Assembly: GCA_023245355.1 (NCBI GenBank)
Contig: JAHFKN010000003.1
Coordinates: 57,368 to 121,367 of the forward strand
Source of the DNA: Candidatus Gottesmanbacteria bacterium
Lineage (GTDB): Bacteria > Patescibacteriota > Microgenomatia > UBA10105 > UBA927
Direction of reading: 5' to 3'
DNA: 64,000 nt
Every line of letters starts with the position of its first letter. The stretch's first letter is position 1. The notes below the pieces were generated by a model, which saw nothing but the letters and a program-made list of their open reading frames with translations, was not told where the DNA came from and ran no database searches. The position numbers and the translations under genes were made by a program. This document shows, piece after piece, positions 49,488 to 61,725 of the stretch.

Positions 49488-51281
49488 TTATTGTGTTTTG
49501 TTTATCCTGTAGATTTCCGCCAGGCCGTTTGCGTACATACGCGTATACCGCGCCGGATCGTTTATAAGAAGGTGCGCATTGACGGCATTGCCCTGAGAAT
49601 TTTTCGTAAATGTTTTATTTCCGATAAATGCGTACGTTTCTTTCCCCCGGTTTACCCTTGGTTGGTCCATATCAATAGGATTTGTGTGATAGAGCGTAAT
49701 TTGTCTGTTTGTGATGGCCGGTATCCACAGTCCCGCATCTTCATAATTATTGAGGATAATATCAGAAGGCTTCGTATGTTCGGACAGCCACTGCATTGCG
49801 TCCAGATCCTGTTGGGTGACGACACTTAAGTTCCCCGAGCGGATATATCGTTGCAGATGATTTTCTACATGCGGATAGTATGCGTAGACAATCAGGAGTA
49901 ACGTAAGGCCGGTAAGTATATACCTATTGACCGGAGAGAAGTATTTGCGCATGGAGTCCATACTGTAGGATATTCCTCCGGCCAGACTCAGCGCGATAGG
50001 AATCACAAGGAGTAATACCATACGCTTGGGATACAAAAGCGATGAAAAAGGAATCCACCAGAGACGCGCGTTCATGATAAGGATAAGAATGCCCATAGTC
50101 CATACTCCATACCGCAGCAGAAGATGCGGCCGGAATATGCCGGTAATGAAAAGCGAGATCAGATACAACACGATAATCGGAGCGCCGAGTGTTCCTATAA
50201 GAAAGCGGATTGCCTCCGGTGTTACAGAAAACGGGTTGCCGGACCACTCCATTATTTCCTGCATCTGCAGTCCTTTCACGTACGTTTCCGTATGCGGCGA
50301 TATGGGTACGGGATTCTTCAGAATATGAAACAGAAACGGTACGGTGAACATTGCGCACGCTGCCGCAATACACAGGAATGCAGTGCTGTTATGTTTTATC
50401 CTGTTTTCCATACGGCGCCACAGGAGCGGCAGATACAGGAGTGATATATATCCGAGTCCTATCGGCATAATATAATGGATAAGTACTGCACAATACGCGG
50501 CGGCGAAAAGAAAAAAAAGCGACCCCCGTTGTTTCAGGTGGAAAAAAAATATAACGGAAATCAGAAGAAAGTCCAGTGAAAGTACCGTCGGATTTGCTCC
50601 CCACTCGATAAAATCATTGGGGGTCAGACTTAGCCACGTGACGGCAACTGTCGCTATAGCGCTTATAAAAGGCGGAAATTTGCTGCGGATAAGCGTATAG
50701 ATACATACCGCGAAAAACCAATAGGTAAATACGCTCAGCCAAAGTGCATTTGTGTAGACCGGGAGTTTGTTTAACAGCATCATGTCCGCGATAAGTACCG
50801 GAAATCCGATAGGGTAGGAAGTAAATTGCTGAATTGGTACAAGTGGCTCCATGGTTTTGGGAAACCCGTCAGCCAGATAAATAATTTTAGACAGATATGC
50901 ATGCATGCTCATGTCCGCACCGCTCGGTGCGATCGTGCCGTTAAGAGCAAGCATGCCGGGAACAGCCAGGAGAAGGAACCACCCGAGTATGACAATGTTT
51001 GCCCTGATGTTGTGCGTATGTGTGATAACAAAGCGGCGCGTCCTGTACAGGATTGCGATAAATGTACCTATGGACAGAACAATCGACGAAAAAAGAACAT
51101 AATGAAGCGGAAAGCGGAAATATTTAAGAAACCAGAAGCCGATAATCCAATAGGCAAGTGAAAGCGCGATGCAAATCGGGATTTTTTCCGTAAGGAGCAA
51201 CCGCGGAAAAAAATCTTTTCTCAGTGTCAGCAGCGTTCCCGGAAATAAAAAAAACAGCGCCGTAAGAACGATACCGGTCAT
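49488..51281 (-). CDS. multi-pass membrane protein (GT-C-like)
   Basis: More than 12 TM helices, GADMSMH, YPIGF, DAGLWIP. Confidence 0.6.
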   Translation of the reverse strand: MTGIVLTALFFLFPGTLLTLRKDFFPRLLLTEKIPICIALSLAYWIIGFWFLKYFRFPLHYVLFSSIVLSIGTFIAILYRTRRFVITHTHNIRANIVILGWFLLLAVPGMLALNGTIAPSGADMSMHAYLSKIIYLADGFPKTMEPLVPIQQFTSYPIGFPVLIADMMLLNKLPVYTNALWLSVFTYWFFAVCIYTLIRSKFPPFISAIATVAVTWLSLTPNDFIEWGANPTVLSLDFLLISVIFFFHLKQRGSLFFLFAAAYCAVLIHYIMPIGLGYISLLYLPLLWRRMENRIKHNSTAFLCIAAACAMFTVPFLFHILKNPVPISPHTETYVKGLQMQEIMEWSGNPFSVTPEAIRFLIGTLGAPIIVLYLISLFITGIFRPHLLLRYGVWTMGILILIMNARLWWIPFSSLLYPKRMVLLLVIPIALSLAGGISYSMDSMRKYFSPVNRYILTGLTLLLIVYAYYPHVENHLQRYIRSGNLSVVTQQDLDAMQWLSEHTKPSDIILNNYEDAGLWIPAITNRQITLYHTNPIDMDQPRVNRGKETYAFIGNKTFTKNSQGNAVNAHLLINDPARYTRMYANGLAEIYRINKTQ

Positions 51282-52054
51282 AGGATCATCACCGCCAAGT
51301 AGAACAGTCCTGCCAGGATCCGGTAGATACCGAAGTTTGTAAACGTCGCATGCGCGACATAGCGGGTAAATGCCCTGATAACAAACAGCGCGGTGATCCA
51401 GGAAATGACGAACCCTATCATCAGGGTGCCTATTTCAGGGGGTGTGAACGAGTGGGCGCTTTTTAGAAGATCCAGTCCTGTAGCGGCGGCCATGGTCGGA
51501 ACTGCCAGAAAAAAAGAAAATTCCACGGCGTCTTTGCGTTTGAGTCCCGACAGCATTCCTCCGACGATGGTAGAAGCAGAGCGTGATACGCCCGGTACCA
51601 TGGACAGAGACTGAAACAGCCCGATGGCAAGCAATGCCTTTGTATCCAGAGTCAGAATTGTTTTCGATTGTCCCGTAGGATGCGTTACCCAGTATCGCTC
51701 GAGTGCGATTAATATGGCGCCGACTACAATCAAAGCTGCGACAACGACGATCTCGTTGCCCAGTAAGTACGTTTTGATCAGTTTATAAAACAGTACACCT
51801 AAGATGCCGGTCGGAATAAACGCGATAACGGTAGGGCGGAGCAGCATAGGTTCTTTCATGAGCCGTTTCATATACAGGGATACAACCGCCATAATGGCTC
51901 CCAACTGGATAAAAATCTCAAAGCTTTTGACAAAATCCGACCCCGGAATCTGCAGTATTTTGGAAACCAGTATCAGATGCCCGGTGGAGGATACGGGAAG
52001 AAATTCCGTAATACCCTCGATTGCGGCAAGTATAATCGTGTGTATGATGTTCAT
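51278..52054 (-). CDS. uppP: undecaprenyl-diphosphatase
   Basis: EGITEFLPVSSTGHL, PGVSRS, EFSFFLAVP. Confidence 0.95.
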   Translation of the reverse strand: MNIIHTIILAAIEGITEFLPVSSTGHLILVSKILQIPGSDFVKSFEIFIQLGAIMAVVSLYMKRLMKEPMLLRPTVIAFIPTGILGVLFYKLIKTYLLGNEIVVVAALIVVGAILIALERYWVTHPTGQSKTILTLDTKALLAIGLFQSLSMVPGVSRSASTIVGGMLSGLKRKDAVEFSFFLAVPTMAAATGLDLLKSAHSFTPPEIGTLMIGFVISWITALFVIRAFTRYVAHATFTNFGIYRILAGLFYLAVMIL

Positions 52055-52074
52055 GTAACTATGGTATCAAATAT

Positions 52075-53646
52075 CTACGGGCGGTTGAAATATCCCGTTT
52101 CTATCAGGTTCTTGCGGTGTTCTTCGTCGATCCAGTCCGGGAAAGGCTCTGATTTGGGCGGATAATCCGGCTGTGCATATAGTACATCGTACAGAGCACT
52201 TGTTAACATATCCGTAATTTGGGGGTAGTCCGCCGTAACAATGTCTTTTTCATGAGTGTCAGTGCTGAGATGATAAAGTTCAGGGGTATGTTCCTGTGTA
52301 TTTTTCATCTCAAGGAATAATTTCCATTCCGTGTTCTGTATTGTTTTGGTTTTCCAGCTGTTTGTCCATTCCGTGATAATGTATGGATTTTTCTTTCCGG
52401 TATGATTCCCGTATACGGCCGGCCGGAAACTCACTCCCCGTAACGCATCGGATTTGGGTTTCCCGATAATATCCAGAATAGTAGGATAAACGTCTATGTG
52501 CTGTATCGGATCGTCTATGCGGGCCGGTTTTGCGCCGGGAACATGCATGATAAGCGGCACGTTAATTTCCGGATTGTACATTTTTATCCCGTGTCCGATA
52601 AGCCCTCCCTCACCCAGCAGTTCACCGTGTTCAGAGGATATGATAACGATGGTATTCCGCATGAGGTTGTTTTTTTCCAGTTGTGCAAGTATATCGTTTA
52701 CGTATAGATCCGTGCGTCTGACATATTCATCATACACATGCCTCATGTATACGAGAAATCCGGCATAATCCCGGTCGGCAAACGCAGGACCGATCACGTG
52801 CGACAGTATAACGTCGCGGTCTTCGGCGGGAAGCTCCAGAAACACCTGTTCGGCTTCATGAAGCGTCGGAGCGGATTGCAGTGTTTTGTACCAGGTCCGG
52901 TATTTGGCCAGCGGAATATCCGATCCTGTCGTAAACGATATATGTCCGAGAAGAGTATTTAATGCCGTTTGGCGGACTGTTTCCGTAAACGGAGTGGTTT
53001 GCAGTTTCGGGGGGATGTATTCCGGATCCAGCGGAAATTTTAGCGGTGCACGCATAAGATGGTTCGGGTAATCGTGAACGCCGTCGGTATGGATAAACAG
53101 GAACGCGGGCTTCCGTTGACGGTTTGACGCTTCGACGTCGTTGACGGCTTTACGCGTCATACCCAGTGATTGGTCAATATCATTTGGCACTATGATTTTG
53201 TTCATAAATCCCGTTTCCAGTCCCTGATACAGACCGACACTCGGCTGGTTTGTACTGACAAACGTCGTGTCGTACCCCGAATGTTTAAGATACAAAGGCA
53301 GCGGGATAATTTCCGGGTTAAGCATATTAAGCAGGGTAACGCCGATTCCGTGACTGGATGGGTATAACGAGGTAAAAAAAGACATAATGCTGGGCAATGT
53401 CCAGGATGAGGCGGAAAATGCACGGGTAAAAAGGGTGTTCCGATCGGCAAATGAACATATGTTGGGAGCGGTGTTGAATTTATAGCCGTAACACGGGAGC
53501 GAATCCGCACGGAGGTTATCGATCATAATAATTACGATATTGCACCGGAAGCAGGGTTTTGAGTCGGGGGAGGGCATACGGAGGAATACGGTATATATTC
53601 CTAACGCGACCATGCCTATAATAAGCAGGTTCCGTATGTAGTGCAT
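52075..53646 (-). CDS. sulfatase-like hydrolase/transferase
   Basis: IDNLRAD, SWTLPS...FTSLYPSSHG, SEHGE, GHG. Confidence 0.82.
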   Translation of the reverse strand: MHYIRNLLIIGMVALGIYTVFLRMPSPDSKPCFRCNIVIIMIDNLRADSLPCYGYKFNTAPNICSFADRNTLFTRAFSASSWTLPSIMSFFTSLYPSSHGIGVTLLNMLNPEIIPLPLYLKHSGYDTTFVSTNQPSVGLYQGLETGFMNKIIVPNDIDQSLGMTRKAVNDVEASNRQRKPAFLFIHTDGVHDYPNHLMRAPLKFPLDPEYIPPKLQTTPFTETVRQTALNTLLGHISFTTGSDIPLAKYRTWYKTLQSAPTLHEAEQVFLELPAEDRDVILSHVIGPAFADRDYAGFLVYMRHVYDEYVRRTDLYVNDILAQLEKNNLMRNTIVIISSEHGELLGEGGLIGHGIKMYNPEINVPLIMHVPGAKPARIDDPIQHIDVYPTILDIIGKPKSDALRGVSFRPAVYGNHTGKKNPYIITEWTNSWKTKTIQNTEWKLFLEMKNTQEHTPELYHLSTDTHEKDIVTADYPQITDMLTSALYDVLYAQPDYPPKSEPFPDWIDEEHRKNLIETGYFNRP

Positions 53647-53708
53647 AGAACGTATAGTAGCAGAAAAATACCGGTACGAAAATTATCGCGGATTGATATA
53701 ATTGCCTC

Positions 53709-54266
53709 ATGATAAAGATGAATGCCAAGGAACTCAGGACGACGGAAGTAGATCCGGAGATTGCCCGGTCTATCAAAAAAAATCCGGTTTTTATCATTTG
53801 CGATAATGTGCTGGATACGTACAATGTCGGTTCCATATTCCGGCTGGCAGACGCCATAGCTGCAAAAAAAGTGTTTTTATGCGGTGCTACGCTGACACCT
53901 CCGAATTCACGGATAAAAAAAGCGTCGATTAACACGACCGGTTGGGTGGATTGGGAATACTGCGAAACGGCAATGGAAGCCATTACAAAACTCCGCGCAG
54001 AACACGCTGATATACAAATCGTTGCAGTAGAGCAGGACCGGCGGAGTAAGCCGTTTTACCAGGTGACGTATGGGTTTCCCCTGGCGATTGTCGTCGGTCA
54101 CGAAACGACGGGCGTATCTTCTGAGGTGCTGGATACGGCTGACGTGATCGTGGAAATGCCGATGTGGGGAATTAACACGTCCCTGAATGTTATGGTGTCC
54201 TGCGGGATAATCCTGTATGAGATCATGAAACAACATACGCAGACAATCGGTTCCGCTTCATATTGA
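53709..54266 (+). CDS. TrmH/SpoU family RNA methyltransferase
   Basis: NVGSIFRLADA, VGHETTG, PMWG..SLNV. Confidence 0.9.
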   Translation: MIKMNAKELRTTEVDPEIARSIKKNPVFIICDNVLDTYNVGSIFRLADAIAAKKVFLCGATLTPPNSRIKKASINTTGWVDWEYCETAMEAITKLRAEHADIQIVAVEQDRRSKPFYQVTYGFPLAIVVGHETTGVSSEVLDTADVIVEMPMWGINTSLNVMVSCGIILYEIMKQHTQTIGSASY

Positions 54267-54315
54267 GAAGATGCGTTGTTCACCATTTGCATCTCTGGGA
54301 ATGTACAATAGGTAC

Positions 54316-54996
54316 ATGAAGCATCTGGTTGTCGCAGGCAGTATTATTCTTCTTTTCCTTTTCGGACTGTTATCCAAATATGAAGATCGTGCGTTTATTC
54401 GGAACCTGGATTTTGCGGTAACCGTGAGACTGCAGGAGCGGATTGACCGGTCATCACATCTACGCGCAGCGTCTGTCGTCGGAAACCTGATGGAGGGAGC
54501 AACGTTTTTTGCGAGCCCTGAATTTATCAGCATAGTAACCGTCTGTCTTACCGGATTCCTGCTCTATGACCGGAAGAAAAAGCGATGGAACATGCGCGCT
54601 TTGGCTGTTCCGCTGGCGCTTACAGCACTGGTTCTGGTCGAAATATACAGCAAATCTGTCGTGCATCATCCGGCGCCGGTGTTTAGCATGATCAAAAATC
54701 CGACGACGATTTTTCCTGCCAATTACATCAATGAACAGTTCTCTTATCCGTCGGGACATGCGGCTAGGGGATTGTTTATCGCTGTCATTGCCGGTATCTG
54801 GCTGATACGCGACAGGTTTGTCCGTAAGGGCGCGGCCATGTTGACATTGGGGCTGTTAAGCGGGTATGTGTTACTTGTTTCCGTAAGCAGGATTTATTTG
54901 GGGCATCATTGGTTTTCCGATGTGGCAGGCGGGTGGCTATTAGGAGGTGCGTGCAGCATGGCATGTGCGTCTTTCCTCTATAAAAAAAATGTATGA
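54316..54996 (+). CDS. PAP2 phosphatase
   Basis: SYPSGH, SRIYLGHHWFSDV. Start inferred from TACAAT at 54304. Confidence 0.85.
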   Translation: MKHLVVAGSIILLFLFGLLSKYEDRAFIRNLDFAVTVRLQERIDRSSHLRAASVVGNLMEGATFFASPEFISIVTVCLTGFLLYDRKKKRWNMRALAVPLALTALVLVEIYSKSVVHHPAPVFSMIKNPTTIFPANYINEQFSYPSGHAARGLFIAVIAGIWLIRDRFVRKGAAMLTLGLLSGYVLLVSVSRIYLGHHWFSDVAGGWLLGGACSMACASFLYKKNV

Positions 54997-55985
54997 GAAC
55001 CGCGGTGAAACGGGCAGCTTTGGGATTTCTCATTTTTTTGGAAATCTGCGCCATTATTTTTCTAAGTGTACGGGTGGTCCGTCAGGTAGAAAAGCAAATT
55101 CACTCAATTAAATACGCCGCCAATCTTCCTGCCGCTGCGTATAACCCGCAGATAAAAAGTGAACGGTTCCCTCATTTTTTCGAGCCGGAAGCGGCACGTA
55201 TCATAAACGACAACCCGGCATGGCTGGGTTATACTGTTTCCTACTCGATTAACGCAGACAGTCTGAATGAGCGGAATGACTACCCGATAACCAAGACCGT
55301 TGACGGGTTCCGCATTGTGACGCTGGGCGATTCATTTACCTACGGATTGTTCGTGAACACGTACGAAAACTATACGGAACGTTTGGAGGATTACCTTGCG
55401 GGCGTATGCCCCAACGGGAGGCAGTATGAGGTAATAAATCTGGGTGTGCCGGCATATGATATCGGATACAGCGCTGAGCGGTTTCGGCTGCGCGGACAGA
55501 AATATGACCCGGACCTGGTAGTGTGGTTTATCAACCCATTTACATTTGAAGTGGACGCCGACAGAAGGCAGGCACTGGAAAATGAATACCTGAGTAAAAT
55601 TTCGGAGGCGAATTACTGGAAAGAATTGAACGGAGAGGTGGAGTATTATCCCGGCATGCTGGCATGGCAGCAACTGGGAAAAGAAACTCGCATGGAGCAA
55701 ACTATTGAAAAACAAGTGCAGTATTTCCGGGAGTTCCTGGCGTCATATCATAACGATTTACTTATTGTGGCAAACCAGTGGGATCTTTGGTACCCGGCAG
55801 CTGCCGAGGCATTGCAAAGGGAACTGGCGGACCGTACCAATGCGTGGATTTACAAAATGGATCCGCTGGTGCCGGGCGTCACATTGTTACCTGACGGGCA
55901 TCCGAACGTGGAAGGGCATATGCGCATTTCCGAACGCATAGCGACGTATATGCTTGAGAACAATATCCTGACGTGTGCCCGGTGA
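54993..55985 (+). CDS. membrane-anchored SGNH hydrolase
   Basis: LGDSFTYG, INLGVP, DGHPN..GH. Confidence 0.85.
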   Translation: MRTAVKRAALGFLIFLEICAIIFLSVRVVRQVEKQIHSIKYAANLPAAAYNPQIKSERFPHFFEPEAARIINDNPAWLGYTVSYSINADSLNERNDYPITKTVDGFRIVTLGDSFTYGLFVNTYENYTERLEDYLAGVCPNGRQYEVINLGVPAYDIGYSAERFRLRGQKYDPDLVVWFINPFTFEVDADRRQALENEYLSKISEANYWKELNGEVEYYPGMLAWQQLGKETRMEQTIEKQVQYFREFLASYHNDLLIVANQWDLWYPAAAEALQRELADRTNAWIYKMDPLVPGVTLLPDGHPNVEGHMRISERIATYMLENNILTCAR

Positions 55986-56051
55986 CGGCTTCGTCTGAAC
56001 GGAGTACGGGTAATTTGAACTATAGGGTATATTTCGGTATAATCCCGCAGT

Positions 56052-56702
56052 ATGGTAGAACGAAAGCCGGGATATATCAAACGACATACGCCCAAAGGCC
56101 GGTACGAGGAGTACCGGGCCAAACATGCGCATCTTATAGCCCAAACCCAGGGCGAGGCGCGCTACCTTTTTGAAAAGAAACTGGATACTGATGCCAGACG
56201 GTATGCGCGAATTTCGGTTGCGCGGGATGTGCTGACTGCAGCGGTGCTAGCCACCGGCGCAGTATATATAGGAAGGGAAATCAAAAATCAAACGCTGGGT
56301 ACCACGCTCGGATCCATTCCGCGTAAGATACACGAACTCTCGGAGAGAATTAAGGCGGCAGGCCTCACAAAAGCCAATACCGTACTGGAATATGCCGGAT
56401 CCCATCTTGCCGAGGGCGCAGCTGCACGGATTGAATCACATCTTCCGGTCATGATGGAAATCATTGAGCGTGAGGCGCCCGCTGTCGGCCGGGCTGCTGC
56501 TTCAGGGGCATTGCAGGAAGTGCATCAATCGCTTCCGCAGATTACTCATGCATTGGAAGTGCAACTTACCGCATCGGGAGACGTGATAGCAGCACGCATT
56601 ATGGCTGCCATAGAATCAGGCATGCCGCATATGGCAAAAACGTTTGCAGCGTCAGTACGCAGTATTCCGGGCATGCTTCTGTTCGGAACGGGGAAGAAGT
56701 GA
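56052..56702 (+). CDS. hypothetical protein (Ala-rich helical repeats)
   Basis: TATAAT 8 nt before ATG; one hydrophobic segment. Confidence 0.6.
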   Translation: MVERKPGYIKRHTPKGRYEEYRAKHAHLIAQTQGEARYLFEKKLDTDARRYARISVARDVLTAAVLATGAVYIGREIKNQTLGTTLGSIPRKIHELSERIKAAGLTKANTVLEYAGSHLAEGAAARIESHLPVMMEIIEREAPAVGRAAASGALQEVHQSLPQITHALEVQLTASGDVIAARIMAAIESGMPHMAKTFAASVRSIPGMLLFGTGKK

Positions 56703-56718
56703 GGCGTATTGTTTCCCC

Positions 56719-56748
56719 TTGACGCACGGATAAGAGCCAGCATATAAT
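56719..56748 (+). promoter_or_regulatory. putative 16S promoter
   Basis: TTGACG-N18-TATAAT. Confidence 0.6.
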
Positions 56749-56954
56749 AAGGTTCAATGAGTGACTAAGAGCTGACCATTGGTGTATGGATAGCGATATC
56801 CCGACCGAATGGTCGGGTTTTTTTGTCTTCATTGACCGGATTCTCGCAAATTTACATTTGGAATAAGAACAGCGGCTTTATTTTCACTTTACGAAATCGG
56901 GGGTAAACCCCGGGTCGCATCGGACGGAAGTCAAACGGTGACTTTTTCGAAATA

Positions 56955-56981
56955 GCCCTTTAACAATCGAATGGTGATAGG
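56955..56981 (+). promoter_or_regulatory. boxA and 5' arm of the 16S processing stem
   Basis: GCCCTTTAACAAT; 56958-56981 is complementary at 23/24 nt to 58690-58713. Confidence 0.75.
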
Positions 56982-57033
56982 ATTTTTTTTGATGTAAGCA
57001 GATTTTTGGTCAAACAAAAGTCCCTTATGTCAA

Positions 57034-58543
<1,510 letters not shown>

Positions 58544-58721
58544 TATTTGAAAAATATCACTCGATCGGGATATTCACCAATTAGGTGAATGGTCTTTGAT
58601 ATTTTTCTCTCAAAACCCTAGATCCTATGCAAATCGTCATGTGTTGCTTCCGCTTTTATGCGGTGTGACTGGACGAGCTGCTCTGGATCCCTATCACCAT
58701 TGGATTGTTAAAGATGACAAT

Positions 58722-58760
58722 AATCCTCTCGTCCGCCGGCTGGCGGAGAGGGGATTTTTT
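58722..58760 (+). terminator. intrinsic terminator of the 16S transcript
   Basis: AATCCTCTC-(TCCGCC/GGCGGA)-GAGGGGATT plus T run. Confidence 0.75.
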
Positions 58761-58785
58761 GTGGGCATATTGGTACAATACGTTC

Positions 58786-61188
58786 GTGATAATTCTTTTC
58801 CGCCGGTATGGGATCTTTCTTGTATTGGCAGTCATTACCGCTCTGCTTTTTTCCCCGGTTTTGTTAAAAGGAATGGTTCCTATTCCAGCCGATTACATGC
58901 TCGCGTGGTATGAGCCCTGGAAAACAGCCAATTCAGTAAATGGCGTGCCGGCAATTCCTCATAAACCGGTTGTTGATGACGCGTTCCGGCATTTGTATCC
59001 GTTGCGGGTGATCGCATCAGAGATTCAGAAACAGGGCAGTATGCCGTTATGGAATCCGTATAATGCAGCAGGCACTCCGCTGTTTGCGATCATGCATCCG
59101 GGGTATCTTACTCCGTTCGGACTATTTTTTCTTATCGGTACCCCTGTCGTCGCCTGGACGCTGTATGTGATGATGCAGCCCGTCGTGCTGGGATTTGCGA
59201 CGTATTGGTATGCAAGAAAACTCCGGTTAAAAAGATACGCTTCGGTTTTTGCATCAGCTGTCATAGTACTTTCGGGTTTTTCAATCGTCCGGCTTGAGTA
59301 CGGGGAATTTTTATACGTGCTGGCCGGTTTGCCGTTCCTTCTTGGGATTGTTGAAGAGTTGGTCAGTAGCCCCAAAAGCAGAGTCATCCTGGTTATTCCC
59401 TGGATTGTTATGGGGATCATGCTATCCGGCCAGCCCCATATGATTATATATACGCTGGGACTATTCGCGCTGTATGCGTTCGTCAGACTGCCGTTTGCCG
59501 GTGCAGTACGGGTAGGAGGGTTTGCGGCATTGGGAGTTGGGTTATCTGCAGTGCAATTACTTCCGGGTCTGGAACTCTACACACAATCGACTATCGACCG
59601 GACGACGAGCGCATTTATTTTTGAGCGGTTCCTTCTGCCGGTTGTCCATCTTATCACCGTTATTATTCCGAATTATTTCGGTAATCAGGCAACATACAAT
59701 TATTTCGGTCCCCATGACTATACTGAGACGGTAGCGTACGTCGGGTTCATCCCGGTATTTTTTGCAGTGTTGGCAAACCGGTATGTGCGCACGCCGGTCG
59801 TACGGTTTTTTTCTGCCGTGGCTGCCGTTTCCGCACTTATGACGGTCGATTGGTTTGGTGCGAGACTCTTTTTTTCATTGCCGATTCCCGTTCTTTCATC
59901 GGATGTTCCCAGCCGCGTGTTTGTGCTTACCATGTTTGCGATTGCGATATTGGGTGCTATGGGAATTTCCGTGTGGGAAACACTCCCGTCAAAAAAAACG
60001 CGTTCCTGGCTGTTCTGGTCAGGATTGGTGCTCGGCGCAATCCTTTTGGGGACGTGGATTATGTATAGGATGCATATTGTCTGTCCGCCTGAAGTGTCAG
60101 GGTGCCGCATGGTGAGTCTTCGCACGACACTTATCGAAGCCGCCGGATTTGCAGCGTTTGTCGTCTCCTGCCTGTTTGGTTTTCGCGCTAAAGGAACATT
60201 GCGCGTTATCGCCCTGAGCGTTCCGCTGGTTGTCGTGTTGGCACTCGGTACATATAATGCACGGAAATTTCTTCCGTTTTCCCCGCGTTCGCGTGTGTTT
60301 CCCGAGACCCCCGTATTGTCAGCGGTTTCAAACATTGCGGGGTATAACAGATTTTTCGGATTTGGCGGAGCCGACTTCCGTACAAATCTTACATCCTATT
60401 ACCATTTGTATTCCCTGCAATACTTTGATCCGCTGCATCTTAAGCGGTATGCGGAACTTATAAGCTTCGTAAACACCGGGGACCGGAAAAAAGATATCCG
60501 CAGAAGCGATGTGAATATTATTTCTGATGCGACGGTAAGTGCGCAGTTGTATGCCCGGCGTGAGCGGATGCTGGATATGGCGGGTACATACGCACTGATA
60601 ACCAGAAAAAGTGACAATGTGACGCCTGGTGTTCCTGTAACGTGGCAAGATGGTACCTGGCAGATTATAAAACGGCCGACAGCACTTCCGCGGGCATATC
60701 TTATTACTGACGTAAGGATTCAGCCTGATCCTGACGCGTTGCTTTCACAGCTGTTTTCCGGTGAGACTGATATACAGAAAACGGCATTTGTTGAAGCTCC
60801 GGTTTCACTCATCGATACCGGTTCGGACATGACAGGATCCGTTATGATTGATTCGTATCAAGCCAATGCCGTGATGATGTCAGTCACCTCATCCTCGGAC
60901 GCGCTGCTTGTATTATCCGATGCATATTATCCTGGTTGGCGGGCGAGTCTGGACGGAAAAGAAACATATATTTACCGGACAAATTACGCGTTCCGCGGAA
61001 TAGCTGTTCCGAAAGGAACGCATAAGGTCCGGTTTTATTATGATCCCTCCTCATTTCGTATCGGCCTCTGGATAAGCGGGCTGAGCGTGTTTGTATGGAT
61101 TTTGATCTGGTTTGTTCCTGTGATAAAATCTCACAATGACAGTAGAAGAATTACCCGAAGCACAGCCAAGACAAAGAAGAATAACTGA
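58786..61188 (+). CDS. YfhO family membrane glycosyltransferase-like protein
   Basis: PLWNPY..AG.P, SAVQLLP..E, YYPGW.A..DG, TNYAFRG..VP.G.H. GTG start inferred. Confidence 0.85.
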   Translation: MIILFRRYGIFLVLAVITALLFSPVLLKGMVPIPADYMLAWYEPWKTANSVNGVPAIPHKPVVDDAFRHLYPLRVIASEIQKQGSMPLWNPYNAAGTPLFAIMHPGYLTPFGLFFLIGTPVVAWTLYVMMQPVVLGFATYWYARKLRLKRYASVFASAVIVLSGFSIVRLEYGEFLYVLAGLPFLLGIVEELVSSPKSRVILVIPWIVMGIMLSGQPHMIIYTLGLFALYAFVRLPFAGAVRVGGFAALGVGLSAVQLLPGLELYTQSTIDRTTSAFIFERFLLPVVHLITVIIPNYFGNQATYNYFGPHDYTETVAYVGFIPVFFAVLANRYVRTPVVRFFSAVAAVSALMTVDWFGARLFFSLPIPVLSSDVPSRVFVLTMFAIAILGAMGISVWETLPSKKTRSWLFWSGLVLGAILLGTWIMYRMHIVCPPEVSGCRMVSLRTTLIEAAGFAAFVVSCLFGFRAKGTLRVIALSVPLVVVLALGTYNARKFLPFSPRSRVFPETPVLSAVSNIAGYNRFFGFGGADFRTNLTSYYHLYSLQYFDPLHLKRYAELISFVNTGDRKKDIRRSDVNIISDATVSAQLYARRERMLDMAGTYALITRKSDNVTPGVPVTWQDGTWQIIKRPTALPRAYLITDVRIQPDPDALLSQLFSGETDIQKTAFVEAPVSLIDTGSDMTGSVMIDSYQANAVMMSVTSSSDALLVLSDAYYPGWRASLDGKETYIYRTNYAFRGIAVPKGTHKVRFYYDPSSFRIGLWISGLSVFVWILIWFVPVIKSHNDSRRITRSTAKTKKNN

Positions 61189-61369
61189 CAGGGGGCAGCG
61201 CATTGCGCGCCTGCGCATGGCACTTATACGGGGAGGAGCATCCGGAGTACAGATGCCGGAGGTTGACGGATATCCCGTGGCGACTGAACCGTTGCCGGGA
61301 ACCGTACGGACGACGCATGTCGATAGGCACAAACGAAGACAAACGGTTGATGTTTCCCTTGATGAGTAG
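61136..61369 (+). CDS. hypothetical protein overlapping the yfhO 3' end
   Basis: TAAAAT 6 nt before ATG. Confidence 0.4.
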   Translation: MTVEELPEAQPRQRRITDRGQRIARLRMALIRGGASGVQMPEVDGYPVATEPLPGTVRTTHVDRHKRRQTVDVSLDE

Positions 61370-61393
61370 AGAGAAGATCAGTGGTTCCTATGT

Positions 61394-61555
61394 GAGGCTT
61401 TGGAAGGTTGAGTCCACGAAATCCCGCTATGCGGGAGAATCGAGAATCCCTGGTAGCAATTTGAGCGTTTTATTGAGGCTTTGGAAGGTTGAGTCCACGA
61501 AATCCCGCTATGCGGGAGAATCGAGAATCCCTGGTAGCAATTTGAGCGTTTTATT
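61394..61555. repeat. 81-bp tandem repeat x2 abutting the tRNA-Cys 3' end
   Basis: Units start at 61394 and 61475; the third GAGGCT at 61556 is the tRNA end. Confidence 0.92.
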
Positions 61556-61556
61556 G

Positions 61557-61628
61557 AGGCTCGGAAGGGAATCGAACCCTTGCATAGAAGTTTTGCAGAC
61601 TCCCGCGTTACCACTTCGCCACCGAGCC
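61557..61628 (-). tRNA. tRNA-Cys (GCA)
   Basis: GGCTCGG acceptor stem, loop CT-GCA-AA, GGTTCGATTCC. Confidence 0.95.
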
Positions 61629-61653
61629 ATGGATATAAACATGAGTCTTTTAG

Positions 61654-61725
61654 TGGGTGCGCATAGAATCGAACTATGGACCTCTTTCTTATCAGGAAAG
61701 CGTTCTACCACTGAACTACGCACCC
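61654..61725 (-). tRNA. tRNA-Ile (GAT)
   Basis: GGGTGCG acceptor stem, loop CT-GAT-AA, GTTCGATTC. Confidence 0.95.

Noticed and set aside
61394..61555. CRISPR array
   Set aside because: Units are fully identical with no unique spacers, and no cas genes are present.
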